Shown here piece after piece: positions 8,800-18,078 of a stretch of DNA of 64,000 nucleotides (within the stretch, counting starts at the first letter, position 1; each line of letters opens with the position of its first letter). A model generated the notes under the pieces. That model made no database searches and had not been told where the DNA came from. It saw only the letters and a program-made list of their open reading frames with translations. A program made the translations under genes and the position numbers. Source of the DNA: Candidatus Omnitrophota bacterium (GTDB taxonomy: Bacteria > Omnitrophota > Gorgyraeia > Zapsychrales > Fredricksoniimonadaceae); assembly GCA_963828495.1 (NCBI GenBank), contig CAWHFJ010000009.1:106338-170337 (forward strand), written 5' to 3'.

Positions 8800-10725
8800 C
8801 TATTTATCACTAGACGCTTTAAAATCAGCATCAATCACGTCGTCCTTGCCCTTGTCTTGCTTGGGCTCGGCAGATCCGCCCTGAGGCTGCTCGGGATTCG
8901 GCTGCTCTGCTTGGCCTCCACCGCCCGCTTGCGCCTGGTCTTTGGCGGCGCTGGCTTTGTACATTTCTTCCGCTAATTTATGGCTGACTTTCTGCAGACT
9001 TTCCATGCTGGACTTGATCTTGTCCTGATTCTTGTCCTTGATGGCATCTCGCAGAAGCGTTAATTCTTTTTCCACCGCTTCTTTTTCGCTCGCCGATACT
9101 TTGTCGCCATAATCTTTCAGGGATTTTTCCGTTGTATAAAGCAACGTATTGGCCTGGTTGAGAAGCTCCGCTTCCTCGCGGCGCTTCTTGTCCTCTTCGG
9201 CATATTTTTCCGCTTCCTTGACCATTTTTTCTATTTCCGCTTCCGACAGCTTGGTCTTGGCCGTGATCTGGATCTTTTGCTCTTTGCCCGTGGCCTTGTC
9301 TTTGGCGGTCACATGCACAATACCGTTAGCATCAATGTCAAAGGTCACCTCGATTTGCGGGATGCCGCGCGGTGCCGGCGGGATACCGACAAGGTCAAAA
9401 CGGCCTAATTCCGTATTATCATTGGCCATCTGACGCTCCCCTTGTAAAACCCGGATCGTCACCGCCGTTTGATTATCGTCGGCCGTTGAAAATATCTGGC
9501 TTTTCTTGGTGGGGATGGTCGTATTGCGGTCAATGAGTTTGGTAAATACCGAACCCATCGTTTCAATCCCCAAAGACAACGGTGTGACGTCGAGCAATAA
9601 AACTTCCTTGGCATCCCCGGTGATAATAGCCCCTTGCACCGCGGCCCCCAAAGCGACACATTCCATAGGGTCAATGCCGCCTTCAATTTTCTGGCCGACT
9701 TCCTTTTCCAAAAACTGCTGAACAATCGGCATACGGGTAGGCCCGCCGACTAAAACCACACGGTCGATCTTAACGTCCGCCCCTAATTTAGCGGAGGCAT
9801 CTTTAATCGCTTGACGCACCGGACCGCGGCAGCGGTCAATGAGAGGCGTAATAAGGCTCTCGAGTTTGGCGCGATCAATTTTCATTGTCAAATGTTTAGG
9901 GCCCGTGGCATCTGCTGTAATATACGGCAAATTCACTTCCGTTGACACCGTGCTGGAAAGCTCCACCTTGGCCTTTTCCGCGGCTTCGCGCAGACGCTGA
10001 AACGACATTTTGTCATTGCGTAAATCCACACCGGATTCTTTTTTAAATTCCGTGATGATATACTCAATCAAGGCATTGTCCATGTCCGTACCGCCTAATT
10101 GCGTATCGCCGGAGGTTGACAAAACTTCAAAGGTCGCGGCCTTAGAAGCCGTGTCCCAACCCATTTCCAAAATAGTCACATCGAGCGTCCCGCCGCCTAG
10201 ATCAAAAACCATGATCTTCTGCTCTTTGCCGGCTTTATCTAAACCATACGCCAGGCAAGCCGCGGTCGGCTCATTGATGATGCGCAACACTTTAAGGCCC
10301 GCGATTTCTCCCGCGTCCCGGGTCGCTTGACGCTGATTATCATTAAAATACGCCGGGACCGTGATCACAGCGCCGTCCACCGTCTCCCCTAAAAATTTCT
10401 CGGCATCGGATTTAATTTTTTGCAGAATGAATGACCCGACCTGCTGGGGCGTATACTCCTTGCCGAATACCTTGAATTTAAACTCCGTCCCCATTTTGCG
10501 TTTGGAGGCATAGATCGTCCCCTCCGAATTAATCGGCGCCTGACGACGGGCTGGTTCACCGACGAGCAATTGCCCGTCTTTGGTAAAAGCCACAAATGAC
10601 GGGAACGCTTTACCCGAGGCGATGCCTGCGCCTTCCGCCGATGGAATAATGACCGGACGGCCACCCTCCATAGCGGCTGCTGCTGAATTTGATGTGCCTA
10701 AATCGATTCCAATAACGCGTGCCAT
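8800..10725 (-). CDS. dnaK: molecular chaperone DnaK (Hsp70)
   Basis: Hsp70 signatures [21 protein letters not shown] and [10 protein letters not shown]. Length 641 aa. Confidence 0.97.
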   Translation of the reverse strand: MARVIGIDLGTSNSAAAAMEGGRPVIIPSAEGAGIASGKAFPSFVAFTKDGQLLVGEPARRQAPINSEGTIYASKRKMGTEFKFKVFGKEYTPQQVGSFILQKIKSDAEKFLGETVDGAVITVPAYFNDNQRQATRDAGEIAGLKVLRIINEPTAACLAYGLDKAGKEQKIMVFDLGGGTLDVTILEMGWDTASKAATFEVLSTSGDTQLGGTDMDNALIEYIITEFKKESGVDLRNDKMSFQRLREAAEKAKVELSSTVSTEVNLPYITADATGPKHLTMKIDRAKLESLITPLIDRCRGPVRQAIKDASAKLGADVKIDRVVLVGGPTRMPIVQQFLEKEVGQKIEGGIDPMECVALGAAVQGAIITGDAKEVLLLDVTPLSLGIETMGSVFTKLIDRNTTIPTKKSQIFSTADDNQTAVTIRVLQGERQMANDNTELGRFDLVGIPPAPRGIPQIEVTFDIDANGIVHVTAKDKATGKEQKIQITAKTKLSEAEIEKMVKEAEKYAEEDKKRREEAELLNQANTLLYTTEKSLKDYGDKVSASEKEAVEKELTLLRDAIKDKNQDKIKSSMESLQKVSHKLAEEMYKASAAKDQAQAGGGGQAEQPNPEQPQGGSAEPKQDKGKDDVIDADFKASSDK

Positions 10726-10745
10726 ATGTAATCTCCTGTTGCTGG

Positions 10746-10786
10746 ATCCCCGATTAAAACATTCGGGGATGACCCCTACGGGGTCA
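10746..10786 (-). other. two adjacent stem-loops in the grpE-dnaK spacer
   Basis: ATCCCCGA-N9-TCGGGGAT lies at 10746..10770. TGACCCC-TAC-GGGGTCA lies at 10770..10786 and covers the grpE TGA stop. The dnaK RBS AGGAGA follows. Confidence 0.4.
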
Positions 10787-11299
10787 GTTAATATTCTTTG
10801 CTACTTTTACCTTAGCCGTGCGAACGACTTTGCCGCCTAAGGTGTATCCTTTTTCCAATTCCTCCATCACTACATGATCAGGAAATTCTGTTGTTTCCTG
10901 CTGCATCAAAGCTTCCTGGGTATTAGGGTCAAACAATTTCCCTACACACTCAATGGGCTTGACTCCGTATTTAGTCATTAATTCTTTCATATTGTTGAAA
11001 ACCATCTCCAGGCCCTTGACTAAATTAACATCCGCCCCTTTTTGGGATTTAAACGCCGCTAGCGATCTTTCCAAATCATCATACAATTTCAAACATTCAA
11101 CAATGACTTCCTCATGCGCATATTTGATCAAATCGCTACGTTCACGCTCATGGCGCTTGCGCATATTATCAAATTCCGCCAAAAGCCGCACATATTTATC
11201 TTTATGCAGCGCTGCCTCATCCGGTTGGTTGCCTTCAATTGCCGCCGGGGCTTCCTGAGACAAAATTTCTTCCTGAGGTTTTAAATTGGGCTCATCCAT
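10784..11299 (-). CDS. grpE: nucleotide exchange factor GrpE
   Basis: Motifs [12 protein letters not shown] and FDPNTQEA are typical of GrpE. The gene sits between hrcA and dnaK. Confidence 0.93.
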   Translation of the reverse strand: MDEPNLKPQEEILSQEAPAAIEGNQPDEAALHKDKYVRLLAEFDNMRKRHERERSDLIKYAHEEVIVECLKLYDDLERSLAAFKSQKGADVNLVKGLEMVFNNMKELMTKYGVKPIECVGKLFDPNTQEALMQQETTEFPDHVVMEELEKGYTLGGKVVRTAKVKVAKNIN

Positions 11300-11308
11300 A
11301 ATTTTGAT

Positions 11309-12037
11309 TTAACGGCTTAATATCTGCGAGATATAATCGAGGGTCGAAACCACGCGATCATACTGCATGCGTGTCGGACCTAACACCGCGATACGCCCTT
11401 TTATCCCATTTTTTTCAAAACGGGAAACAGCCAAGGAACAGCCTTCCATATCCTTAAGGGCCATTTCATGGCCTATATAAATTTCGATTTTTTTCTCTAA
11501 AGTACGGTTGATCAGTTCCATGAGCCGTTCTTTCTCCTCAAGAATTCTTAAAATCGCCTGAATTTTTAAGATGTCTGTCGTGTCCGGATACCCGACCACA
11601 TAATTGGTCCCCTTACAGACAATCTTATAGTCATCTCCATCATCCAAAGACACGATGCTGGTATAATGGGTCAGGTCCGAAATGACCTGGGAAGTTTTTT
11701 CCATCAAATCTTCCAGCTGGCGCGCATGATGCTTATACTCCTGATGAATGCGGCGCTTTTCTTCTTCTAATAATTGGATTTCATGCATCAGATGGTCCAC
11801 ATAATAGCGGTAACCCTGCTGGGTCGGCATACGGCCGGCCGAGGTATGCGGATGCGTCAAATACCCCTCTTCTTCAAGGTCCGCCAGAATATTGCGCACC
11901 GTTGCGGGAGACACATCAAGATTGTATTCTTCCGTAATAAATTGTGACCCCACCGGCAAAACAGTCTTAATGTAGCGCCCGATCACAATCGCCAGTATGC
12001 GGTCTTTACGTATCTGTATGTCGGAATGTTTAACCAT
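11309..12037 (-). CDS. hrcA: heat-inducible transcription repressor HrcA (short form)
   Basis: Winged-helix N-terminus (PVGSQFI..VSPATVRNILADLEEEGYLTHPHTSAGRMPT). The start was chosen at the second ATG (12037), which has a GAGGG RBS. The ORF-track ATG at 12061 lies only 10 nt from CIRCE and has no RBS. Confidence 0.88.
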   Translation of the reverse strand: MVKHSDIQIRKDRILAIVIGRYIKTVLPVGSQFITEEYNLDVSPATVRNILADLEEEGYLTHPHTSAGRMPTQQGYRYYVDHLMHEIQLLEEEKRRIHQEYKHHARQLEDLMEKTSQVISDLTHYTSIVSLDDGDDYKIVCKGTNYVVGYPDTTDILKIQAILRILEEKERLMELINRTLEKKIEIYIGHEMALKDMEGCSLAVSRFEKNGIKGRIAVLGPTRMQYDRVVSTLDYISQILSR

Positions 12038-12070
12038 AAAATGACTATCCCTCAAGGGCATTGGATTAAA

Positions 12071-12097
12071 TTAGCACTCTCAATGTCTGTCTGCTAA
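12071..12097. promoter_or_regulatory. CIRCE operator upstream of hrcA-grpE-dnaK-dnaJ
   Basis: TTAGCACTC-N9-GTCTGCTAA compared with the consensus TTAGCACTC-N9-GAGTGCTAA, giving 2 mismatches in one arm. Confidence 0.8.
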
Positions 12098-12098
12098 A

Positions 12099-12126
12099 AG
12101 TATATCAAAAACCTGATGTTTGTCAA
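12099..12126 (-). promoter_or_regulatory. sigma70-type promoter of the hrcA operon
   Basis: On the minus strand TTGACA (12126..12121), a 16-nt spacer, then TATACT (12104..12099). CIRCE follows immediately. Confidence 0.65.
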
Positions 12127-12133
12127 GACGGGA

Positions 12134-12739
12134 TTATTTTTTGGGGATAGCCGCCAACGTCCAGTCAATAGCAACGGCTTTATGTTTCAGGAAATAAAAG
12201 AAGATGACCTGCTTTTCCTTCTGTTCTTTACTGAATGCCACACCTTCGGGAATGCTGTTTTTATACACGCACGGCGGAGAAACCAGCATGCTGGCAAAAC
12301 CTGCGGCAGCCAAACCGTCCTTCAGAGCACCCGCAATCATTTGGCACAATGTCCCGCATGTCGTCATCATGGACTGATCGTCTTCGTCATAGGGGACTTG
12401 AAGTCCGGCGGCTTTAAAAATTTTCTCTGCTACCTCGGTATCTACATACAGGACCAAAGCGCCACGGGCCCGCTGTCCCTGCATATCGGCCTGATTTAAA
12501 TAAAAACTTGTCGCAGCAATATAAACCGCTGTATCAAATTTTTCTGAAGCATGCACGCACATGCGTCCTTCATATTCATTGATGGGTTTGGCAAGAATTT
12601 CGTGCGGCTGGGAGGCCTCAAGGCCGCCCGTGGCTGTAATCAACTCTTTCATAAACCCGGTGATGATGGAATTAACTACCTGCGGATCAAACTTTTTAGT
12701 CATAGGGGTAAATATACCACAGGGGGGCAATGAAGACAA
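12134..12739 (-). CDS. hypothetical protein, possibly a CheX/CheC-like fold
   Basis: 201-aa ORF. The N-terminal segment KFDPQVVNSIITGFMKELITATGG resembles CheX-type N-termini. This is weak and from memory only. An alternative ATG start is at 12703. Confidence 0.45.
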   Translation of the reverse strand: MSSLPPCGIFTPMTKKFDPQVVNSIITGFMKELITATGGLEASQPHEILAKPINEYEGRMCVHASEKFDTAVYIAATSFYLNQADMQGQRARGALVLYVDTEVAEKIFKAAGLQVPYDEDDQSMMTTCGTLCQMIAGALKDGLAAAGFASMLVSPPCVYKNSIPEGVAFSKEQKEKQVIFFYFLKHKAVAIDWTLAAIPKK

Positions 12740-13744
12740 TCATTTATAAAAAAACTGCTCCATGACCAAACGCCCTTGGGCGTTATATTCCCGACGTTTG
12801 ATCAGCACACCGTGCGCAAAATATTCCTCATACCACAGCCAGCCTTTAACGCTATATGTTTTAAAAACACCTTCCTGTTTATCATTTTTATACAGGCCTT
12901 GAATTTTAATATATCCATCGGGATAAAAGCACTTATATAGGCCTTCTTTCTTCCCCTGATATACGCTGACCGTGTCGAAGATCTCCCCGCCTTCATAATA
13001 CTCGCACCAATGGGCATCATTCAAAAGCCCTTGATCATAATGGGCACGCGACTTACATTTACCGCTCAGATAAAACATACTGATATCGCCGTCTAATCGA
13101 TCATTTTTATACGTTCCCTCGCGCATCAATTGGCCGGTTTCATAATATTCTTTGCTGCGGCCATTCTTCCGGCCGTTAGACGATTCAAAAAGTCCGCGCA
13201 AACTGCCGTCCTCATAAAATTCCCGCATCATACCTATCTGCCGTCCGTCTTTATACTCCAGTTCCCGCTTGACTTGGGCATTAGGATAAAATTCTTTGGT
13301 GAACCCCTGCTCTTTACCCCAGACAAAGTGATGTTCAGCAGTCACACGGCCATGCTCATCATATTCCCGGGTCACTCCGTCCTGCATGCCTCTAATATAG
13401 GTAATTTCGACCTTGGGGTTGCCGTTGGCATAATAAATAGTGGAAACGCCGTGCAGTTGTCCGTTACTGTAAAAAGATTTTAGCCGAAGAACTCCGGAGG
13501 GGTAATAGCCCTGGGCCATGCCTTCAAGCTTGCCGTTAAGATAGTTCCCCCAGCCTTTAACGCGGCCGTCGGGATAAAAAGTGCGGAAACGCCCGTTGGG
13601 TTGCCCCCAACGGTACTCCACGGCCTTGATCACGTGGCCTCGGGCATCAAATTGATTATAAAGGCCGTTTTGGGGCGGTTGGTCGGCCCGAACAAGGCAG
13701 GTGCTTAGATATAATCCAAGGAAAAAAGACAACCATTTCATCAT
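12740..13744 (-). CDS. secreted MORN-variant repeat protein (YwqK-like repeats)
   Basis: Signal peptide MMKWLSFFLGLYLSTCLVRA followed by many ~23-aa repeats of the form G..xxYYxnGxlk. Confidence 0.75.
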   Translation of the reverse strand: MMKWLSFFLGLYLSTCLVRADQPPQNGLYNQFDARGHVIKAVEYRWGQPNGRFRTFYPDGRVKGWGNYLNGKLEGMAQGYYPSGVLRLKSFYSNGQLHGVSTIYYANGNPKVEITYIRGMQDGVTREYDEHGRVTAEHHFVWGKEQGFTKEFYPNAQVKRELEYKDGRQIGMMREFYEDGSLRGLFESSNGRKNGRSKEYYETGQLMREGTYKNDRLDGDISMFYLSGKCKSRAHYDQGLLNDAHWCEYYEGGEIFDTVSVYQGKKEGLYKCFYPDGYIKIQGLYKNDKQEGVFKTYSVKGWLWYEEYFAHGVLIKRREYNAQGRLVMEQFFYK

Positions 13745-13757
13745 GAACGGTAAACGC

Positions 13758-14027
13758 CTATGGCGTGACGATATCCAATTGGTCGCACATCAGGAGCATT
13801 TGCTCGTAATGGTCTTCCCAATCATCATAAAACAGCAGGGCCGGCAGCGGAGAGTCCTCCTGCTGTTGTTCATACAATTCAAATTCCGGCGGATATGTGC
13901 CCACATGTAAGTAGCCAAACTGGTTCTTTATCGGGGGAGGGTCATCGGCATAGGTGTTAACGCCTGCCGCCAGTAGCGCAACTACAAAAATAATCGCCCC
14001 TCCCAACCATAAATAGCGTCTTTTCAT
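13758..14027 (-). CDS. hypothetical small exported or membrane-anchored acidic protein
   Basis: 89-aa ORF with an N-terminal hydrophobic segment. No recognisable domain. Confidence 0.5.
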   Translation of the reverse strand: MKRRYLWLGGAIIFVVALLAAGVNTYADDPPPIKNQFGYLHVGTYPPEFELYEQQQEDSPLPALLFYDDWEDHYEQMLLMCDQLDIVTP

Positions 14028-14100
14028 GATGAATCATTCTACCACAATTTTCTTAACCTCCGGCCTTTTCTCTTCTTTTTTTATACGGGGTAAGGTCAAT

Positions 14101-14309
14101 TCTAGACGCGTGCTATTTGGCTTAAATTTGTTTCTAGAACATGCTTGTCTATTCGGCCATTGTGTTTTCTTCGAAGGTAGTAGAAGGCTGATTTGGCATG
14201 GTCCACCTTCGCCTAGATAGCGGTGGCAAATCAGCCTGGGCCCTAGCGAAGCCGCATCGCTGGATGCGGCGAGCGTGCCTGAAAGAATAAATTGAAGCCA
14301 AATAGCCTG
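14101..14309 (+). repeat. composite repeat locus: family D terminus fragment, a 12-bp inverted-repeat pair, and family A copy 1 (right end deleted)
   Basis: TCTAGACGCGTGC at 14101..14113 matches the D terminus. GCTATTTGGCTT (14112..14123) and AAGCCAAATAGC (14295..14306) are perfect inverted repeats bracketing family A copy 1 at 14147..14283. Confidence 0.7.
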
Positions 14310-14381
14310 CTAAAAATTGCTGTTGTTACTCTGTATCAATAACTAAATCAATATTCCCTGTTTCTTCAAAGGCGGAATGTT

Positions 14382-16511
14382 TTAGTCTGTTTCGATAACT
14401 AAATCATCCCCTTGGGCATCAACGGTAATTTTCTGTCCTTCTTTGATTTCTCCCTGCAGCATGCGCAAAGCGATGGGGTCTTGCACCATGCGCTGAATGA
14501 CCCTCTTTAACGGACGGGCCCCGTAGACGGGGTCATAACCCTGACGGCCCAAAAGGTCCCGGGCTTTGTCCGTTGTCTTTAATTGAATGCCGCGGGCTTT
14601 CAAACGCTCGGCTAATACCCCTATTTGAATATCCACGACCTTCTTTAATTCTTTCATCCCCAAACGACGGAAAATCACGATTTCATCCACGCGATTTAAA
14701 AATTCAGGACGGAAGTGATGCCGCAAAGCATCCTGGATGCGATGATCATTTTCTTTTTGGTCCTCTGATACAGCGACATCCAAAGTACCGATATTGGAAG
14801 TCATAATGACAATGGTGTTTTTAAAATTCACCACTCTTCCCTGACTGTCAGTCAGGCGCCCGTCGTCCAACAACTGCAAAAGCACATTAAAAACATCCGT
14901 GTGCGCTTTTTCAATTTCATCAAAAAGCACTACCGCATAAGGTCTACGGCGTATGGCCTCGGTCAACTGCCCGCCTTCTTCGTAGCCGACATAGCCTGGC
15001 GGTGCTCCGATCAGACGCGCCACCGAGTGTTTCTCCATATACTCGCTCATGTCTATGCGCACCATGGCATTTTCATCATCAAATAAGAACCATGCCAACG
15101 ACTTGGCCAGTTCCGTTTTGCCCACACCCGTGGGGCCCACAAAAATAAAAGAGCCCGACGGCCGATGAGGGTCAGATAGCCCCGCGCGAGAACGGCGGAT
15201 ACAGGAGGCAATGGCGGCAATAGCATCATCTTGTCCCACCACACGCCCTCTTAAGGCATCTTCCATGTGGACTAATTTCTGCGTCTCGCTCTCCATCAAT
15301 TTAGACAAAGGGATTTTAGTCCACTTGGCCACAATCTCGGCGATGTCCTGGTCATCGACTTCTTCTTTGAGCATAGCGCCGTCTTTTTGCAGCTTAGCTA
15401 ACTCTTTATTTTTGCCTTCCAATTCTTTGTTAAGTCCGACGAGCGTCCCATAACGGATTTCCGCAACTGTATTCAGGTCACCTATTTTCTCAGCCTGGGC
15501 CTCTTCGATTTTCTTATCTTCCATCTGAGCTTTGAGTGCACGAATACGATCAATGACAACCTTTTCACCCTGCCAGCGCAGGCGCATAGCTTTATTCACT
15601 TCTTTCAGGCGGCCTAATTCCTCATCAATTTTCTTAAGCCTTTCACGGGAAGCCGGATCCGTTTCTTTTTTAAGCGCTTGCCGCTCAATCTCCAGACGGC
15701 GGATCTCGCGCTCATTCTGGTCAAGCTCCTGAGGCATACTGTCAATTTCGATGCGCAGCTTAGACGCCGCCTCATCGATCAAATCAATGGCTTTATCCGG
15801 CAGGAAACGCTCCGTGATATAACGCTGACTCATCATAGCCGCGGCGACGATCGCAGAATCCTGTATACGCACCCCATGATGGATTTCGTATTTTTCTTTT
15901 AACCCTCTTAAAATAGCAATAGTGTCCTCGACACTCGGTTCATTAACGATGACCTGAGCAAATCGCCTCTCTAACGCAGCGTCTTTTTCGATATATTGAC
16001 GGTATTCATCAAGAGTGGTCGCCCCGATACAACGCAAGCCCCCGCGGGCCAAAGCCGGCTTAAGAAGGTTGGAGGCATCTATCGAGCCTTCGGCACGTCC
16101 TGCGCCCACAATAGTATGCAACTCATCAATGAATAAAATAACGGCCCCGTTTTGGTCCTCCACTTCTTTTAAAACAGCTTTCAGGCGGTCTTCAAACTCG
16201 CCGCGGAACTTGGCGCCGGCCACCAAAGCACCCATATCTAAAACAATGATCCGCTTGTGTTTAAGCCCCTCCGGCACATCCTGAGAAAAAATGCGCTGGG
16301 CCAGCCCCTCAACGATGGCGGTCTTGCCGACCCCCGGCTCGCCGATCAAGACCGGATTATTTTTAGTGCGGCGTGAAAGCACCTGGATACAGCGGCGGAT
16401 TTCTTCATCGCGCCCGATAACCGGGTCTAATTTGCCTTTGCCGGCCAATTGGGTCAAGTCACGGCCATATTTTTCCAATGCCTGATGCTGCTCTTCGGAA
16501 TTTTGGTCCAT
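14382..16511 (-). CDS. clpB: AAA+ disaggregase ClpB lacking the N-terminal domain
   Basis: Two Walker A motifs ([16 protein letters not shown]) and a long middle coiled coil. The protein begins at ..[13 protein letters not shown], which is where the N-domain normally ends. An AGGAG RBS precedes the ATG at 16511. Confidence 0.93.
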   Translation of the reverse strand: MDQNSEEQHQALEKYGRDLTQLAGKGKLDPVIGRDEEIRRCIQVLSRRTKNNPVLIGEPGVGKTAIVEGLAQRIFSQDVPEGLKHKRIIVLDMGALVAGAKFRGEFEDRLKAVLKEVEDQNGAVILFIDELHTIVGAGRAEGSIDASNLLKPALARGGLRCIGATTLDEYRQYIEKDAALERRFAQVIVNEPSVEDTIAILRGLKEKYEIHHGVRIQDSAIVAAAMMSQRYITERFLPDKAIDLIDEAASKLRIEIDSMPQELDQNEREIRRLEIERQALKKETDPASRERLKKIDEELGRLKEVNKAMRLRWQGEKVVIDRIRALKAQMEDKKIEEAQAEKIGDLNTVAEIRYGTLVGLNKELEGKNKELAKLQKDGAMLKEEVDDQDIAEIVAKWTKIPLSKLMESETQKLVHMEDALRGRVVGQDDAIAAIASCIRRSRAGLSDPHRPSGSFIFVGPTGVGKTELAKSLAWFLFDDENAMVRIDMSEYMEKHSVARLIGAPPGYVGYEEGGQLTEAIRRRPYAVVLFDEIEKAHTDVFNVLLQLLDDGRLTDSQGRVVNFKNTIVIMTSNIGTLDVAVSEDQKENDHRIQDALRHHFRPEFLNRVDEIVIFRRLGMKELKKVVDIQIGVLAERLKARGIQLKTTDKARDLLGRQGYDPVYGARPLKRVIQRMVQDPIALRMLQGEIKEGQKITVDAQGDDLVIETD

Positions 16512-16529
16512 ATTAACTCTCCTAAATTA

Positions 16530-16556
16530 TTAGCACTCTAAGCCTATAAGTGCTAA
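16530..16556. promoter_or_regulatory. CIRCE operator upstream of clpB
   Basis: TTAGCACTC-N9-AAGTGCTAA, 1 mismatch to consensus. It overlaps the last codons of the comEC ORF. Confidence 0.8.
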
Positions 16557-17678
16557 TATACCACAAATCTCTTGTTTGTCAAGCAGCTGACTAAATACGG
16601 CACGTCCTACATGAACTAGATTCCCGCTTTCGCGGGAATGACATTGTACCATACTTAATTGAATATACCCCAACGGCACCTGGGAAAACCAATAGGCTAC
16701 GACGACCATCAAATTAAAAACCACTTTCAAACATCCGGCCAAGACCCACGCTGTTGCGGGCATACACAACCCGGCCAGCGCTAAAGACAATCCTAAGGCG
16801 ACTGTTAAATCCAATAAAGGCACAATAAAAATATTGGCTATCAAAGCGACCGGCGTGATAGTGCCGAAATGCCATAATTGCAAAGGCGTAATCCCGATCC
16901 ACGCGGCCGTGGACACCGCAAACACAGATGCCAGCCACCTGGGGCAAAAGGACAGTGGCTTTTCTATAGGCCCGTACAAAATCACAATCGCAGCCACCGC
17001 AGCAAAAGAAAGTTGAAAACCCGTATCAAATAGATTACGCGCATCCATTAACAATAAAACCAACGCTGCCAAGGCCAAAGAATTTAACGAATCACTTTCA
17101 TATTCAAGGGCATGCGCGGCCAAGACGACCGACGCCATAAACGCCGCACGCATCACCGGGATTGAGCCGCCGGTCAAAATCGCAAAGATAAATAAAAGCA
17201 AAATACTGCCCCCCATTTGCAAGGAGCGGGGAATCCTTATCAATTTTAAAACGAAAAAAATCATGGCTGTCATCATGGCCATGTGCAGCCCCGCGATCAC
17301 TAAAATATGCCCGGTGCCGGTATGCCGAAAAACCATATTGATTTCTTTGGGGATATGGCCCCGGTCCCCTAACACGATGGCCGACATAGTCCCTGCTTCA
17401 TTGTCATTAAGATACTGATACAGCGAAGTCTTTAATTGCCCGCGCCAGCCCTCCAGAACATCGATACCCGGCGGATGGGCGACGTGGATCAGTGCCGCTC
17501 CCAGACAAAATAAACCTATATAAAGAGGCCACATTTTAGGACGGAACAAAAAGAACACCATTAACGCTGAAGATGTGATTAGCCAGAAAGCCAAGCCAAA
17601 CGGCAGAAAGTGCCCTATGAAAATACCTGATGACAAAACCACAACCAGCCAGCAGCAGGGTCGGTGTGTCATGTTCAT
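16530..17678 (-). CDS. comEC: ComEC/Rec2-family DNA internalisation channel (competence domain only)
   Basis: Polytopic membrane protein with FRHTGTGHILVIAGLHM. Start set at ATG 17678 (MNMTHRP), which forms an ATGA overlap with the comEA stop. Confidence 0.85.
   Translation of the reverse strand: MNMTHRPCCWLVVVLSSGIFIGHFLPFGLAFWLITSSALMVFFLFRPKMWPLYIGLFCLGAALIHVAHPPGIDVLEGWRGQLKTSLYQYLNDNEAGTMSAIVLGDRGHIPKEINMVFRHTGTGHILVIAGLHMAMMTAMIFFVLKLIRIPRSLQMGGSILLLFIFAILTGGSIPVMRAAFMASVVLAAHALEYESDSLNSLALAALVLLLMDARNLFDTGFQLSFAAVAAIVILYGPIEKPLSFCPRWLASVFAVSTAAWIGITPLQLWHFGTITPVALIANIFIVPLLDLTVALGLSLALAGLCMPATAWVLAGCLKVVFNLMVVVAYWFSQVPLGYIQLSMVQCHSRESGNLVHVGRAVFSQLLDKQEICGILALIGLEC
16555..16582 (-). 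promoter_or_regulatory. sigma70-type promoter of clpB
   Basis: On the minus strand TTGACA (16582..16577), a 16-nt spacer, then TATATT (16560..16555) running into CIRCE. It has the same CTTGACAAACA -35 context as the hrcA promoter. Confidence 0.65.
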
Positions 17679-17998
17679 AATGCTATAAGCTCCTTGATGC
17701 GCCCAAAACGTTTGGCCGTCAGACCTTTGACTTTGCATAAATCGTCCAACCTCATAAAAGGCCCGTGCTGCCGACGGTAATCCACGATCCTCCTGGCTAG
17801 GGTCGCCCCCACGCCCGGCAACATTTGAAATTCACAGTCCCTTGCGGTATTAATGTGGATCTTAAATTGCCGCAACTGTTTGGCCCAGCGCACAGGGGCG
17901 ATGTCCCGGCGCAAAAGCAACTGCACGCCGGCACCGGCGATAAAAATGATCATCACAATCGCGATAAACTTGCGTTCCTGCGGCGTTAAATAAAACAT
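17675..17998 (-). CDS. comEA: ComEA-family helix-hairpin-helix DNA-binding protein
   Basis: N-terminal TM segment and a C-terminal HhH region (LPGVGATLARRIVDYRRQHGPF..LDDLCKVKGL). Confidence 0.85.
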   Translation of the reverse strand: MFYLTPQERKFIAIVMIIFIAGAGVQLLLRRDIAPVRWAKQLRQFKIHINTARDCEFQMLPGVGATLARRIVDYRRQHGPFMRLDDLCKVKGLTAKRFGRIKELIAL

Positions 17999-18054
17999 GA
18001 ACGGACACTTTTTAGGGGAATTTACATAGGCTCCTGGGGAAGGAGCTTTATATT

Positions 18055-18063
18055 AATTATAAC
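18055..18063 (-). promoter_or_regulatory. possible extended -10 element upstream of comEA
   Basis: The minus strand reads TGTTATAAT, which fits TGnTATAAT, about 55 nt upstream of the comEA ATG. There is no good -35. Confidence 0.3.
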
Positions 18064-18078
18064 AAAATCTGTATTAAA

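Noticed and set aside
12740-13744. The MORN/YwqK-like repeat protein as an antitoxin of a YwqJK-type toxin module.
   Set aside because: It has a signal peptide, and there is no adjacent toxin (deaminase or LXG-type) gene. The repeats alone do not imply a toxin-antitoxin function.
14101-14309. Whether the repeated intergenic elements could be a CRISPR array.
   Set aside because: There is no short direct repeat alternating with unique spacers at a regular period. The repeats are 60-250 nt, internally palindromic and dispersed over 47 kb. No cas genes are present.
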